64,000 nucleotides of DNA from Amoebidium appalachense (lineage: Eukaryota > Protista > Ichthyosporea), in the NCBI GenBank assembly GCA_963693365.1, contig CAVNZM010000009.1:5772245-5836244 (forward strand), written 5' to 3'. The translations under genes were made by a program, and so were the position numbers. Below are positions 48,267 to 61,690 of this stretch, one piece after another (positions within the stretch are counted from its first letter, which is position 1; each line of letters starts with the position of its first letter). Below the pieces are notes generated by a model, which had not been told where the DNA came from, did not search any database, and saw only the letters and a program-made list of their open reading frames with translations.

Positions 48267-48983
48267 CCACGTCAGTCACCCTAAAGCGTGTCAGGGAGGC
48301 ATCTGATGATCCCGCCACACCAACCCCATCCACTCCCTCCCAGTCCACACAGAACACGGGTGCCTCATTTGGTCCTGCATACATGTATGGGTTAGCTAGA
48401 CCACTTCCCCCCTCCCCTCGTAAGATGGGGTCCCCCCCCCCCCCCCCCCCCCCCCCGTATGGGTTAGGGTTAGGTCCCCTCCACAATTGATGTGGTTTGC
48501 ACCCCTCATGTGGGTTATGTGCCCAAAATGTGATCTGGATCCCCCGATAATCAAATAAATGGGCTGGACCCCCCCTCCCCCCTCCCCCCGCTCCCCCAGT
48601 AAATGGAGTGAAGGGATACGCCGAACATGTGGGATACATGGGGTGGGTGGTTCATACCATGCAAAACGGGATAAATGGGTTATACCTCCCATATAATATT
48701 TGGAACAGTTTTTCGCCCTTCCCCCCCCCCCCCCCCCCCCCCCCCCAAAACCCTTATACATGGAAGTCGAGAAAAAAGCCTAGACCCTTGTATGATAAAC
48801 TGGGCTACTTGGATAAATGGGTTTAAACCTCCAATAACTCGAATAACCGGGGTAAATGGTTTAGGCTCAAATGGGATAAACGGGTTGACTCAATACAGAT
48901 GGATTAGACCCAAACGGGAAAATAATATACGGCTTCGACTCTCCCTTCCCCAGAGAATAACCTCATTGCTGTACCTGGGTTGC

Positions 48984-49016
<33 letters not shown>

Positions 49017-49132
49017 ACACACACACACCCTCCCGCCAAGACAAAACAAAACAATAAAAAAGCCCAAAACCTCACAGGCTTGCCTACACCTCTTAGCCAA
49101 TATGCAACCAAATGGACGACCGCATACTCCAT

Positions 49133-49163
<31 letters not shown>

Positions 49164-49612
49164 ACACTCCCCATCTTCTCGGACGAGGATTAAATAAAGT
49201 ATACAACAAACATTCAACCAAACACAGACGGTCACTCCATCCCTCCTTACACCTCTCCCCCCCCCCCTCCCCCCTTCCCCCCCCCACACTCCCCCTGTTT
49301 TCCCTGGTAAGCTTCCCCTCCCCCTCCTCCCCTCCTCCCCCCTCCCCCCGCCCCCACATCCACCTCCCCCATATACACAACCAACCACTTGGGTTCACTC
49401 CCCCTCTTTCCCCCCCCTTCCCCCCTGTTTCGACTTCTAGATCCCCCATCCCCCTCCACCCCAATCCTCCACAACCCATCCGCTTCTCCCCACCAACGCC
49501 AACCCTTCCATACCTTCTTACTTTTCCTCCTTTCCACCATTCAATCAATCACAAAAACGAACAAGCCAAAAAAAAAAAAAAAAAAAGAGGGAAAAAATGA
49601 AATAACGAATAA

Positions 49613-49660
<48 letters not shown>

Positions 49661-49891
49661 GGGGATGGAAGATGAATCACACCTTGGCCCTTTTGCACCG
49701 ACACACATCCAATGGGCCGATCCCCACCGACCACCCAAGCGGAAACCCACCCAGCCTCGTGACCCACAACACACACCGTGTCCTGCCCTCGCTCACGCAG
49801 ACACACAGAGGTAACCATGCCTGTGTGTGCGTGTGTGATTGGGTTAATATGGATTAAGGGCATACTTTCTGGATCAAATTGCTCCAACTCT

Positions 49892-49953
<62 letters not shown>

Positions 49954-51532
49954 TTCTCCCCTCCCCCCCCCCCCTCTCCCCTTTCCCCCCCCCCCCCCCC
50001 CCCCCCCCCCTTGCGCCTAAGTTCTGTCTCTTTCTTCCTGGTGCTATCGGGAAGGAGGGGGATGTTGGTGTGTGGGTTTTTGTGTGTTTGTGTGTTTGTG
50101 TGTGTGTGTGTGTGTCTGTGTGTGTGTGCGCGCGTGTGCGTGCGTGTGTGGCAATAGTGCTGTAGGGGGAGGCGGAGGGGGAGGGGACGGGAAAGAGTGG
50201 GGACAGGGGTGTGGCTTGCACTTGCTGGGGCGGGGTGCCGGGAGGTATGTGTATGTGTCTTGGTAGTGGTGGTGGTGGTGGGGGGGGGAGGGGGGGAGAG
50301 GAGGGAGAGGGGTATGTGTGATGAGAGAACCTGGTGTGCCCAGGGTGTGCTTTTGCGGAAGTGAGTGATGGGGTTTGTCTGTAGGTGCAGATACATACGT
50401 GTGAGCCGGATGGCGAACGTGTGTTATGGGTAGGTGGCGGTGGTGTGCGTGAGTGCGCGCATGTGTGTGTGTGTGTGTGTATGTGGGGGGGGGGGGGGGG
50501 GGGGGGGGAGAGAGAGAGAGAAAGGGTGAGTAGGTGTGAATGCGTGCGAGTCCGTACGTGTATTGTGGTTCCACATGCTTGTGTGTATTTGTCTGCGTGC
50601 GTGCAAGAAATTGTGGCCACACGTGTGCCTCTGCATGTTTGTGTGCACCCCCTCTTTACAGAATGTGCATGCATGTGTACATGTGAGCAAAATCAACACG
50701 GTGGTAGTGCCGGTGCCGGTGTGTGTGGTGGTGTGTTCTGTTATATATGTGTGGTGCTTGTGGTTGGTGGTGGAGGTGGTGGAGGTGTTGGGGAGGGGTT
50801 TGAATGCGCTAAAAAGTACGAAATGCATATTCACATCGGACAACACAACGCAAAGTGCAAGCCACACATAAGTAGTATTCATAATAAGCAGGGCCCATCC
50901 TCAGGGGGGGAGGGGGGGGGGGGGGGGCACGTCATCCACAGTGCCTGAGTTTTGACCCGATCACCTCCCGAAGGGCAGGGGGAGGGGGGGAGAGGGGAGG
51001 GGGGGCGGGGGGGGGGGGGGGGGGGGGTAGGGGGGAGGGATATGAAAGACTTACCCGGCTGGAAAGGTAGGTGGGCAGGACAGTCCCACACGCACACACG
51101 TGTGCCCGTGTGGATCTCCCACACCTCCACCTGCAAACACCCACAGTCACTAAATGCCCTTGCCCCCCCCCTCCCCCCCCCCCCCCCCCCACCCACCCAC
51201 CCACACAAACACATGCCCACATCCTCCCTTCAACCAACCCCCTCCCCCCCCCCCCCCCCCCCCCCGGGTCTCCCCCTCCCCTGCCCCCTCTCCCGAACAC
51301 ACATAAATACAATCCATCACAACCAACACATATCCCAAACAACCCAGGCTCTCACGCTCCCCTTCCTTTGCACCTCACAACTCATTTTGTGCCTTTTAAA
51401 TCCTCAGTGCTTGCAGTTCCTCCCTCCATACACACACATACACGCACACACGTATACTCGTGTTCACTACACACACACAAACACGCATATGCACACACAC
51501 ATGCCCGCGCGCGTGTGCACACACACACACAC

Positions 51533-51576
<44 letters not shown>

Positions 51577-52589
51577 CTCCCCCCCCACACACAGACCACA
51601 CAAACACCTACTCCCCCGCCCACACACACATACACTTTACACCCTCCCCCTTCCCCTCCCCCCCGCCCCACACACACACACACCCACCGCCTTCGGCCTT
51701 TAAACAAACACATACACCCCCCCCCCCCCTCCCTCCCCCCCCAGCCCACACACACACACGCACCTCCTTTCCATCCTCCTTGTCTGGTAGTGCCACCCAC
51801 CCCCTTCCATCCATTACGGATGCCCTGCAGAAACCAATCCCCCCAGCACCGAATTTTCCGGAAATTTGGGGTTGCCCCGATCCCAAATCCCACACACACA
51901 CCGTCTGATCTCTCCCGTGGCTGTGAGAGAAAGATCATGTCAAGATTCCGTAGAGATCCATCTTCGGTAATTTTCTTTTTTTTTTAAAAAAAAGGCCTTG
52001 ATATGTAGCGAATAAAAGGACGGCAAAGTATTACCACCCACTGAACTCGTGCCAAGCTTTACACCTTATCCAACGAGATCCTTCCGAGTTGTATTATAAT
52101 AAGTGAAATGTGTCTAGGTTCCATAGGGAATGGGTGTCAGTGTAAGACCACTAACCTAGAAACATCCTGTCACATTGCCCCAAAACTCCGAAAGAATACC
52201 CAAATTAAAATGAAGCGAAAAGAAACACAGCAACCCCCCCTTCCAACCCCCTCTCCCCGCCCCCACCACTTAACTTACACCCCACACCCCACCCCCGGTA
52301 CAGTTCTAAACTCTGGCTTAGACGTACCATAGAAGACATGCATTGATTTTTTCCTTCCCATGTCATCTTTCTTCTTTCTCCCCCCCCCCCCACCTCCATC
52401 CACCCCACCCACTCCCCCACCAACCCCCCGGTGCCTTCTCCTTCTTTAACCGCAAATCCCCACTTGCCCTGCACAAATCTCTCTACACCTCGAAAGTCAG
52501 TAAAGCCCAAAAAAATACACACCATCACTACCAAAAAAAAAGTGAAAACAAAGAGCTTGGTGGTGGTGGTGGTGGTGGTGGTTGGTTGG

Positions 52590-52632
<43 letters not shown>

Positions 52633-53620
52633 CGGCCAGCGCCAGCGCAAACGCATGCACACAACCATATACCCATCCACACATCCCTCCCCCCTCCCCT
52701 CTCCCCCCCCACTCCCCCCCCCCCCCCCCCCCCCCCTCCCCACGGCACTTACGTAAGCACCTGGTCTGTACCCAGTATGTGTGCCGACAGTACCCCCCCG
52801 TCGTTTGCTTCCCAACTACACACCGCCCTCCTCCTCTGAAGGTCCCAAAGCTTGGCCACACCGCTGGAATCACTTATTTTTTTTTGAGGGGAGGGGGAGA
52901 GGGGGGGGGGGGGGGAGGTGGGGGTGTTAAGAGAGGGGGGCAGGGGGGAGAGAGAGCGCGGGGGGAGGGGGGAGGGGGGAGGGGGAGGGGGGGAGGGGGA
53001 GGGGGAGGGGGGAAGGAGGAGGGGGAGGGGGAGGGGGGAGGGTTAGAATGCGTCACTGGCATATTTGCGACGAACAAATCAACACAAATTCTAAAGGGGG
53101 AAAAGAAGAGGACGAAGAAGAAGAAGAAGAAGAAGAAGAAGAAGAAAAAGGTAAGGCGCATCAGTGGGGGAGGGGCGGGGGGGGGGGGGGGGGAGGGGGG
53201 GGGGAAGGGGAGGGGGGGGAGGAGGAGTTGATGCGGGAGGGGCAGGGACCCCATTCGCTTGTCTCGCATGGGTACAAGTACCAAAGGATTGGGCGAGCAG
53301 AGTGGAAGGGTTAGAAGAAAGGAAGTAAGAAACAGTGATTGCCAGAAAGAACAACAGAAAGCCAGGAGGAGCGGAGGGGGGGTGGGAGTGGGGGGAGAGT
53401 TGCGGGTGGGGGGGGGGGGGGGGGGGGGCGGTGGAGGGAGGGGCAAGGGGTAAGTGGGGGAGGGGGGGGGGGGGGGGGGGGGGGGGCTGAGAGAAAAGTG
53501 CACATACCCCGACAGTAAGCAGGGTATATTTGCCGTCTGGCCAAGGCCCACCGCTGAAACCGAGGCCTTGTGGCCGCGCAAAACGCACAGCGCGTCCGGC
53601 GGTGGTGGTGGTTGGGTCAT
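46345..53620 (-). CDS. GNB1L: GNB1L/Asa1 WD40-repeat protein (TTT/PIKK assembly factor), 8 exons, about 327 aa
   Basis: Exons 53620-53508 ([17 protein letters not shown]), 52872-52753 ([16 protein letters not shown]), 51920-51764 ([15 protein letters not shown]), 51130-51055, 49820-49683, 48374-48271, 47287-47181 ([16 protein letters not shown]) and 46513-46345 ([16 protein letters not shown]); all phases consistent. Confidence 0.9.
50799..50968 (-). mobile_element. Copy G of the poly(C)-associated short interspersed element
   Basis: Minus strand reads GAGGTGATCGGGTCAAAACTCAGGCACTGTGGATGACGTG[C run]CTGAGGATGGGCCCTGCTTATTATG...CGTACTTTTTAGCGCATTCAAACCCC. Confidence 0.85.
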
Positions 53621-54631
53621 GGTTGATGACAAACAAGTCCTGGGGGAAATATGAAGCAGACGGAAGGATGGATGTGATGCTTATGAACAGACACTACGGT
53701 GTTCGTTTCAGTCCTCGAAGCTTATGCAACGTTTCCTGTACAACAGAGATGAACGCGGTTTTTTGCTTGGGAACAGGGTGATTCCTCGTGTGCCCGTACC
53801 ACGTTTGAAGTGCACACAGTGTCGACGTGGTGGAGTCGGAAAGAAAAAAGCCTGTGCTGATGCTTGTGAACATCGGAAACGGGTATATACTTAGCGTATC
53901 CCCGAATCGATTTTTTAAACCAATAATTAGGCCATTAACACCCTATTCTTACACCGTCCCCGGTTCAAGAAGCATCCCTCTGGAGATGTTTCGTGTTTCA
54001 TGCCCAAATCTCACAACCTCTGCTTTCAGTTTCTGCTCCACGAATAATCAAGTCGCCAGAAAGTCTACTTGTTGAGTGTGATTGGTGTTGCTAACAAAAA
54101 CCTTTTTAGGTTGAAGTACAGCCTTGGTACCGGCGCTTCATCACAGCCTCATATGTATGTCACGGAATGTTTATGTCAATGTTACTTGAACACCACTTTC
54201 CCTGCCTCTTCAGCCGCTTTCAACACGTTTTAAAGTTCAAGTTTGAGCAGAGCCTCGGACGACCTACACAGACGAACAACTGGAGTACCTGACATTTGGT
54301 GCCAATATAGCCAATCATTAGGTTTTGAGCCTTTCTTATGCCTATTCATAGTTATTCTGCTTCTGCATTCACCAATGGTTAACTCTCCCGTCATTTCGAC
54401 ACTTGCCCCAAGGTATTACAAAATTGCTGTTTTTGCGTAACATTTGCGCAAGATAACTGTTTTCATTTGCACGTGTACATCAGTGTACTGTGTACTGTGA
54501 CGCTTTGCAGTTACAAAGAGACTAGTTTGCAGTTAGAACTTCATTATTTTGGCTAGAGTGTGCATGTCTCTCCTATTTTTCCATTGCTATAATATAGGTT
54601 ATTAGTACCGTTATACGCTGCCTAGTCGAAA

Positions 54632-55653
54632 ATGGGGAAGACCAAGTTCAACAAGAAAGATGGGGAGTCAAAGGAGGAAAAACAGGTAGACAAACTGGAG
54701 AAGGAAGTAAATGGGGAGGTTGAAACTGGGAAGAAGTCAAAGAAGAGTAAGAAGAGTGATGGGAAACAAAAGGAAGCGGTAGAGCAGGAAACGGAGAGCA
54801 CAGGAAAGAAGCGAGGGAAGAAGGGAGATGAGGATGAGGGCAAGGCCAAGCTGACTAAAAAGGAGAAAAAGAGTAAGAAGGCCACTGATGAGGTGAAGGA
54901 TGGGGGAGAGAACGGTGATGTTGTAGTAGAGAAGGAAACGGATAGCGCAGGAAAGAAGCGAGGAAAGAAGGGGGATGAGGATAAGGGCGAAACCAAGTCG
55001 ACTAAAAAGGAGAAAAAGAATAAGAAAGTGGGTGATGAGGTGACGGATGCGAGCAAGGATGGTCATGTTGAAAAGAAATCTAGGAAGGAGAAAAAGGAAA
55101 AGAAAGAGGCAGAAGAAGAGGGAGAGAAGGAAGATGAGTCAAGTAAGAAGGAGAAGAAGAGCAAGAAAGAAGCGCCGAAGGAGAAAGAAGCGCCAAAAGA
55201 GGAAGAAAAACAAGAAAAGACAAAGGGTAAAAAGAGTACAGAAAAGCACAAGAAAGAAAAGGAGGAGAGGGAGGAGAAGGAGACAAGAAAGAGACCGGCA
55301 GAGGAAGATTCGGAGAATACAGCGACCGAAGCAGAAAAAAGCGCAAGCAAACAATCCAAAAAGAAAAGGAAAGTAGAAGAACCAGCGTCAAGCATTGACA
55401 CAGATACCATAGATATCAAAGCCACACCCGCACTTCTGGAGCCAGTTAGACCGGAAACGGAAACCCCAGCAAACGAAGACGAAAAAGAGCAAGGGAAAAC
55501 CAAGGTGCAGCCGTACACTCGCAAGGAATTAAAGGAGCTTGCAAAGCTCAAACCAAAGGATGTGAGGAAGAGAAAGGCAGAGGCGGAGGAGGAATTCGGT
55601 GAGTGGTGGGATGGGCGGTGGGTGCAGGGTTGACACAGGCACACACACACACA

Positions 55654-55741
<88 letters not shown>

Positions 55742-57644
55742 GAGAGTGTCACGCGCACACAACTGAACCCGTAAAAACGGTGTGTGGGTGAGATCACGGG
55801 TTTGGGATGAAGTCCCCCATCCCTTTTTCTTATTTTTGTTTTTTTTTTCTTTTGTGGAGGGTTGGAGGGGGGAAGGGGGGGGGGGGGGGGAGGGGGGGGG
55901 ATATGAGTAAAGAGGTGAGGTCTCTGTAGCTTTTTCTTTTAGGTTTGCCAATGACTTTCCACCGCGGGGGTAGGGGAGCGGGGAGGATGCGGGCAGGGTT
56001 CTAGAGTCCTACAAAAAGGGGGGGAGGGGATGGTTCAGGGACGTTGGGGAGGAGGGGGCGGGGAGGGGGGGGGAAGGGGGGGGGGGGGGGGGGGGGCGCA
56101 CAGGGAAGTCATTGAAGGGACGAAGTTTGTGTGTTATTTTCTTTGGTGATCTAAGGAAGAAAATTGGACAGAAACCAAAGACGTTTTATTTGTTATTTAT
56201 TTTTTCGGTCTCTGCAGAAAAAGCTGTGCAACAGCGGAAAGAACAGAAACGGTTGAAGCGAGAGCAAAGGCAGCAGGAGAGAGCGTCTGAGAGCGAAAGC
56301 GAGGAAAAGAAACCAAAAAAGGAGGCACCACCCATGCCGAAGGAGGAGAAAGACGCAAATAAGGCTGGTACGTACGTGTGTGTGTCTGTGCGTGTGGGCG
56401 GGGGGGGGGGGGGGGGGGGGGAGGGGATTGGTGTTGGCGTGTGTTGAGTGGGTGGGTGGATGTCGGGGGGAGGGGGCGGGGAGGAGTGGGTGGGCGGTCG
56501 TGGATTGGGTGGGTGGATGAGGGTGGCGTGAGGTGTGTGTGGAATGTCTCCCCCCCCCTCCCTCCCCCCACCCCCTCCCTCCCCCCCACACACACACACA
56601 TGGGTGTGTGTGTGGTGGGGGGGGGGGGGGGGGGTGGAGGGGAAGGTGTGCGTGGGTGTTTTCTTGGGGGGGGGGGGAGGGGGTTGGGGGGGAAGGCGTG
56701 ATCTTTGAGGTCCGGGGGGGAGATGGTGGTGGTTGGGGGGGGACGGGAATGCTTTTGTTTTGGGGCGGTAGTGGTGTGTGTGTGGTGGGGTAAGATTGGG
56801 GGGGGGGGGAGGGGGGAGGGAGGGGGGGCGGGGAGGGGAGTGGAGTATGTGTGAGGAATGGGAGGATTCCCCGGGAGAGGAATATGGGAGGCTGTGTGTG
56901 TGTGTTTCTTTTTTTGGGGGGGGGGGGGGGGGGGGGTAGCAGTGCAGGAGTGGATTGTGGTTTTTTCTTTTATTATTATTATTATTATTATTGTTGTTGC
57001 TGTTGTTGTTAAATTGTTATTATTATTATCATCATGATCATCATCATCATCATCATTACTATTATTATTATTATTATTATTACTTTTTTTTTTTTTTTTT
57101 TGGGGGGGGGGGGGGGGATAAGTGGAAAGAATGGGTGTGAGCTGGGAATGCAGTTTGTATGCGGCTAAGGACCCCCTACCGGGGGCGCCCCGGGAGAGTT
57201 TGTGTGTGTGTGGGGGGGGGGGGGGGGGGGGGGGGGGGGATGGGGGGAGTATATGTGTCCCTCCACAAGATTGAAATCTCACTTGACATGAATGTGTCAT
57301 AAGCTGGCAAGCTGCCCGGGGGGGGGGGGGGGGGGGGGGGACTGCCTGTCTTGACTTGATATCAGTTGATGGGTTTTGGTGGTTAGATGGTGGTGTTGTC
57401 AAGAGCGAAAAGGAAAATGGTGCGGGAGAGCAGACCTCAAGGGGACAACAGGGGGGTAGAGTTGTAAGGAATGTGGAATGTGCATGTGGTTGGCCTGTGG
57501 TTTACCTTGTCACTCTCGTGTTGTTTTTGTTGCGTTTTTTTGTTTGTCTGTTTGTTTGTCTGATAGTTATAATGATATTTGTTCGGTTATCAAGTTTTAT
57601 TCTGAGGGCGAGAGAATGGGGTGGGGTGATGGTTTTTTTTTTTT

Positions 57645-57689
<45 letters not shown>

Positions 57690-57955
57690 GGGAGGGAGCA
57701 GAGGAGTAAGATAATTTACTCACGGATGACCCAAACTGCTACACCTTACACATGAAAACACACACACACACACACACACGCACACACACATACACACACA
57801 CACACACACACCTACACACACACTCAAACCTAGGTGCGCAACCGCACACACACACGTAGGTACGCAAGCGCGCGCGCACACACACTCTCTTTCTAAGCAT
57901 GCATACGTAACCTCCCACCCCTCCCTCCGCCCCACACATGCACACACACGCGCGC

Positions 57956-58028
<73 letters not shown>

Positions 58029-58879
58029 GCACACACACACATGTACACACACACACACACACACATGTACACACACACAACCTTATGCACATACATGCAC
58101 CTTCAAACACAGCGCTTGAATATCTCCAAGTGTGGAAAAATGACCGAAAACAGTGGAAGTTCCAGAAAGTTCGGCAGACATACCTTTTGAAGCACATGTA
58201 CGACCCATACAAGGTTGACTCGCCCCCCTCCCCCTTCCCCCCCCTCCCCCCCAACACACACACACACCAAAAAAAAAAAAAAAAAAAAAAGGAAAGAAAG
58301 AAAAGAAAAGAAAGATAGAAAGAAAGAGAGAGAAGAAGAAGAATAAGAAGAAGAAGACAAGGAAAAGAACAGAAATAGATTAACACTTATTCTGGCACAC
58401 CCATGTTGCCCCCTAGTGCAACGTTTCACCGGTCTGCCCTCATGCTTTGAAACTGTGCGCTGGTTCAGGTTGGCAGGCTCAGGGGGCTTTGTGCTGATTG
58501 GAAGAGGCAGGCATATCTTTTGCGTCCCTCAAATGTTCGGGAGAGATCGACCGGGCAGGGCGGGGGGGGGGGGGGGGGGGGGGGGGAGCTGAAGGAGGGG
58601 GAGGGGGGGGAGGGGGGGTAAGCACGGTGATGAAAAAATCGGGTGCAGGGTCATGCATGGTCAACACAGGTATTAAGTGGTGGTCATCGACATATTTATA
58701 TTTTTTTTACATTCAAAGAAATTATATGTATCGGTTTATTGCATGATTGCACGATTTGTTTATCTTTTTTGATTTGTTTTTTCTTCCACTTTTTTTGGTG
58801 TGTGCCGGTGTCTGTGTGTGGATGTGGGTGTGGGTGTGGGTGTGGGTGTGTGTGTGTGTGTGTGTATTGGGGTGGGGAT

Positions 58880-58946
<67 letters not shown>

Positions 58947-59308
58947 GATTGATTGATGGTATGGTGGCACTGATGTTTTGTATCTGCAGGTGCCCAAGGC
59001 GGACTTTAAAATTCTGCTGGAATACCTCGACGGAGTGCAGGGACAGGCTAGAAAGGTGTGTGTGCTGGGGGGAGAGGGGGGAGGGGGGAGGTGTGACACA
59101 CACACACACACAGATGTGTGTGTGTGTGTTTGGGGGGGGGGGCGAGTAAACGAGAATGTTCGGATGGTGGGGAGGGTGGGTGGGTGGAGGGGTGTGGTTG
59201 CATGAGTTGGTGGTGTTTGTGTTTGGGGGGGAGGGAAGGGGTTCGGTGTGTGTGGGGAGTGGGGAAGGGGAGAGGAATTGAGAATTGAGTCTGGTGTGTG
59301 GGGGGGGG

Positions 59309-59367
<59 letters not shown>

Positions 59368-60074
59368 CTGGGTGTGTTCTCTGGTAGTAATTTGTTTCTT
59401 GGCCCAAAGTATTCGATACCAAGGGGGGCTAGGAGTATGTATGAGAGCATGGTAGAGTGTGTGTGTGTGGGGGGGGGTGGGGGGGGGAAGGGGCGGGTGC
59501 CTTCTCGCTTTGTTTCAAGTCCAGATGCTTTTACTGCATATGCATCCCCCCACCTTCCACGAAAATGCATGCCCTCTGTTCTCTCTTCCAGACTTACGTT
59601 CATGCTGCTTTTGTACCCCACGGACATACGCATAAACTGACTTCGGTACACACACACACACAACACACGCACACAAACATACGCATACTACACACACACA
59701 CACACACACACACACTACACACACACGCGCGCACGCGCGCGCGCTCGCTCGCGCACACACACACACACACAGGCCACGTGTACCGAGGCAGAGAAATTCG
59801 TTGAGGAATTGGTGAGCAACCTGTCCCCCCCCCCCTCCCCCCTCCCCCCGCCCCCCTCCCCCTCCCCCCCCACCCCCCTCCTTCCTTCTCCCCCTCCCCC
59901 CTCTCTCCCCCCCCTCCCCTACTCGTACCCCCGCAACACATACACATACACATACCGTTTCTATGCTGAACCTTCTCTTTCCCACTGTTTTCCGTTTGCT
60001 AGTTTGGAGCTCTTACGTAAGGCACTTTTGCTGAACACATCCTTTTTTTTTTACCTGTGTGTGCCTGTCTTCTT

Positions 60075-60106
<32 letters not shown>

Positions 60107-60669
60107 CTCCCCTCTCCATCGACTTAGGTAGCGACGGGGGAGCTTCCCAGAAGCCCCATCTCCTGAGTTCCTATCTATGTTTTTCTTGCTTCTGCTTACT
60201 ACTGCAACTTTACCCCGGCCTTTCCTACTGCCCTTACCTGCATAAGTAACCCTGCTCGTCTCTGATCAAGACGGGTGACCCACGCATGTTCAAGTGAAAC
60301 AGTATCTGAGTTGGGTTTCGTCAACGAGGTGGATGGGTCGAAACTCGGGTACTGTGAATAACGTGGTCCCCCCTGAGGATGGGCTCTGCTAATTATGCAT
60401 ACTCTTTGTGTATGGTGTGCATTCTGCATCGTGTTATCCGCTGTTCTTGTGTACATCATACTTTATGACGCATTCAACCCCCCCCCCCCCCCCCCCCCCC
60501 CCTTTATCTCCTTTCTTTCTTTCTTATCTTTTTCGTTTCTGATTTTTCGTTTTCCCCAGACGGAGGCAGAGACCAAGGACACTGGGGACGATGGTGCGGA
60601 GGCGGTAGCAGAGAGGACTGTAAGGCAGATCAAACTGTATCGGGCTAAGAAGATCTCGCAGCTGCTGGT

Positions 60670-60673
<4 letters not shown>
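54632..60673 (+). CDS. K/E-rich, probably nucleolar protein with a C-terminal WKF domain (C7orf50 / yeast YCR016W-like), 6 exons
   Basis: Exons 54632-55598, 56218-56367, 58113-58213 ([31 protein letters not shown]), 58990-59055 ([22 protein letters not shown]), 59773-59811 and 60560-60673 ([10 protein letters not shown]); phases consistent. Confidence 0.9.
56971..57082. repeat. Compound trinucleotide microsatellite (ATT)n-(GTT)n-(ATC)n-(ATT)n
   Basis: Directly visible in intron 2 of the WKF-domain gene. Confidence 0.9.
60121..60477 (+). mobile_element. Longest copy H (about 300-360 bp) of the poly(C)-associated short interspersed element
   Basis: Aligns with 33093-33410; preceded by a C run, ends TACTTTATGACGCATTCAA plus about 25 C, roughly 60 nt before the acceptor at 60559. 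Confidence 0.9.
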
Positions 60674-60710
<37 letters not shown>

Positions 60711-61690
60711 TGGGTCGGTGGGTGGGTGGGTGGGTGCGTTCGTGCTTGTGTGTATGAACTCGTGCTCACACACACGCATGCCCATGTGTGGGTGTGCGTG
60801 TGAAAGCGTGCGTACAGGCATGCATGCCCGCGGGTGGGTGGGGGTGGGTGCGGGTGTGGGTGGGTGTTTATGTGTGTGTGTGTGTGTGCGTGTGATCATA
60901 CACTCTCGCACACACCATAAATTTTCCTTTTTAACGTTAACTTTTAGCCATCCTCGTAGTTTATAAAACAACACACGTTCTGTGAATGTCAGAATAGCAA
61001 TGCACGAATCGAGCAAGCCAACATGCAGTTTTGCAACGATAAATTTCACCTAAAATCCCGAATTGTCGGCTGTTAGCCGTGCAGTGCATGGTATGGTATG
61101 TAATGGGCCTCCTGTACTGTGACGTAGTAAAGAAAGCGTAAATTGTAATCAGATACATATTTTTGCCAATAAACAATGGGAAAAGGTACACACAGAGACA
61201 TGTCAACCTTCACACAAGCACAACAGGCATGGTTGTCTATATTCCTCCCTTTTTAATTCTTATATAAATATAAAAAGGCACCCAAATATCCCGCCCAAAT
61301 TTCCATATTTGACTAATCATCCAGACCGCGTGCAAATTATTGGCCCACACGATTTTTTTGAGATTGCCATATTCCTACAATTCAGTAGTAGTTGTTTTTA
61401 TAAGATCCGTTGCTGTAAGCGACACAGGCACCACGCAAAGTGTGTTTTCGTTTTTTTATCTTTTTTTTTTTTTTTGGCCCCTGCAGTATAGGGGGGACTA
61501 AGTGCATAACACAATGTGCACGCGTGCCACAAGTATCTGCGGTGTCATGCACATGACGTACTTCATATATCTGCCACTTCATGCATGTGCCTTTACATGT
61601 GTTTCACGCATGGCGTACGTGTAGGCAGCTTGTGTCGAGTGTAGCATAGCTATACATAGGATGACGGTGTATACCTAATCGGTACTTAGT

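Noticed and set aside
48461-48474. Telomere-like GGGTTAGGGTTAGG
   Set aside because: Only about two units; expected by chance in G-rich sequence.
48412-48525. Possible antisense copy of the poly(C)-associated element (TGTGGTTTGCAC match)
   Set aside because: Only a 12-nt match plus scattered identity; not counted as a copy, but noted as a possible exception to the sense bias.
60262-60385. Hammerhead-like words (CTGAGGA, CGAAAC-TCGG-GTA) and an HDV-like ending (GAATGGGTC) in the repeat family
   Set aside because: Stems I and II do not pair in any hammerhead permutation I tried, and the position equivalent to the HDV catalytic C is T in every copy that covers it; not called a ribozyme.
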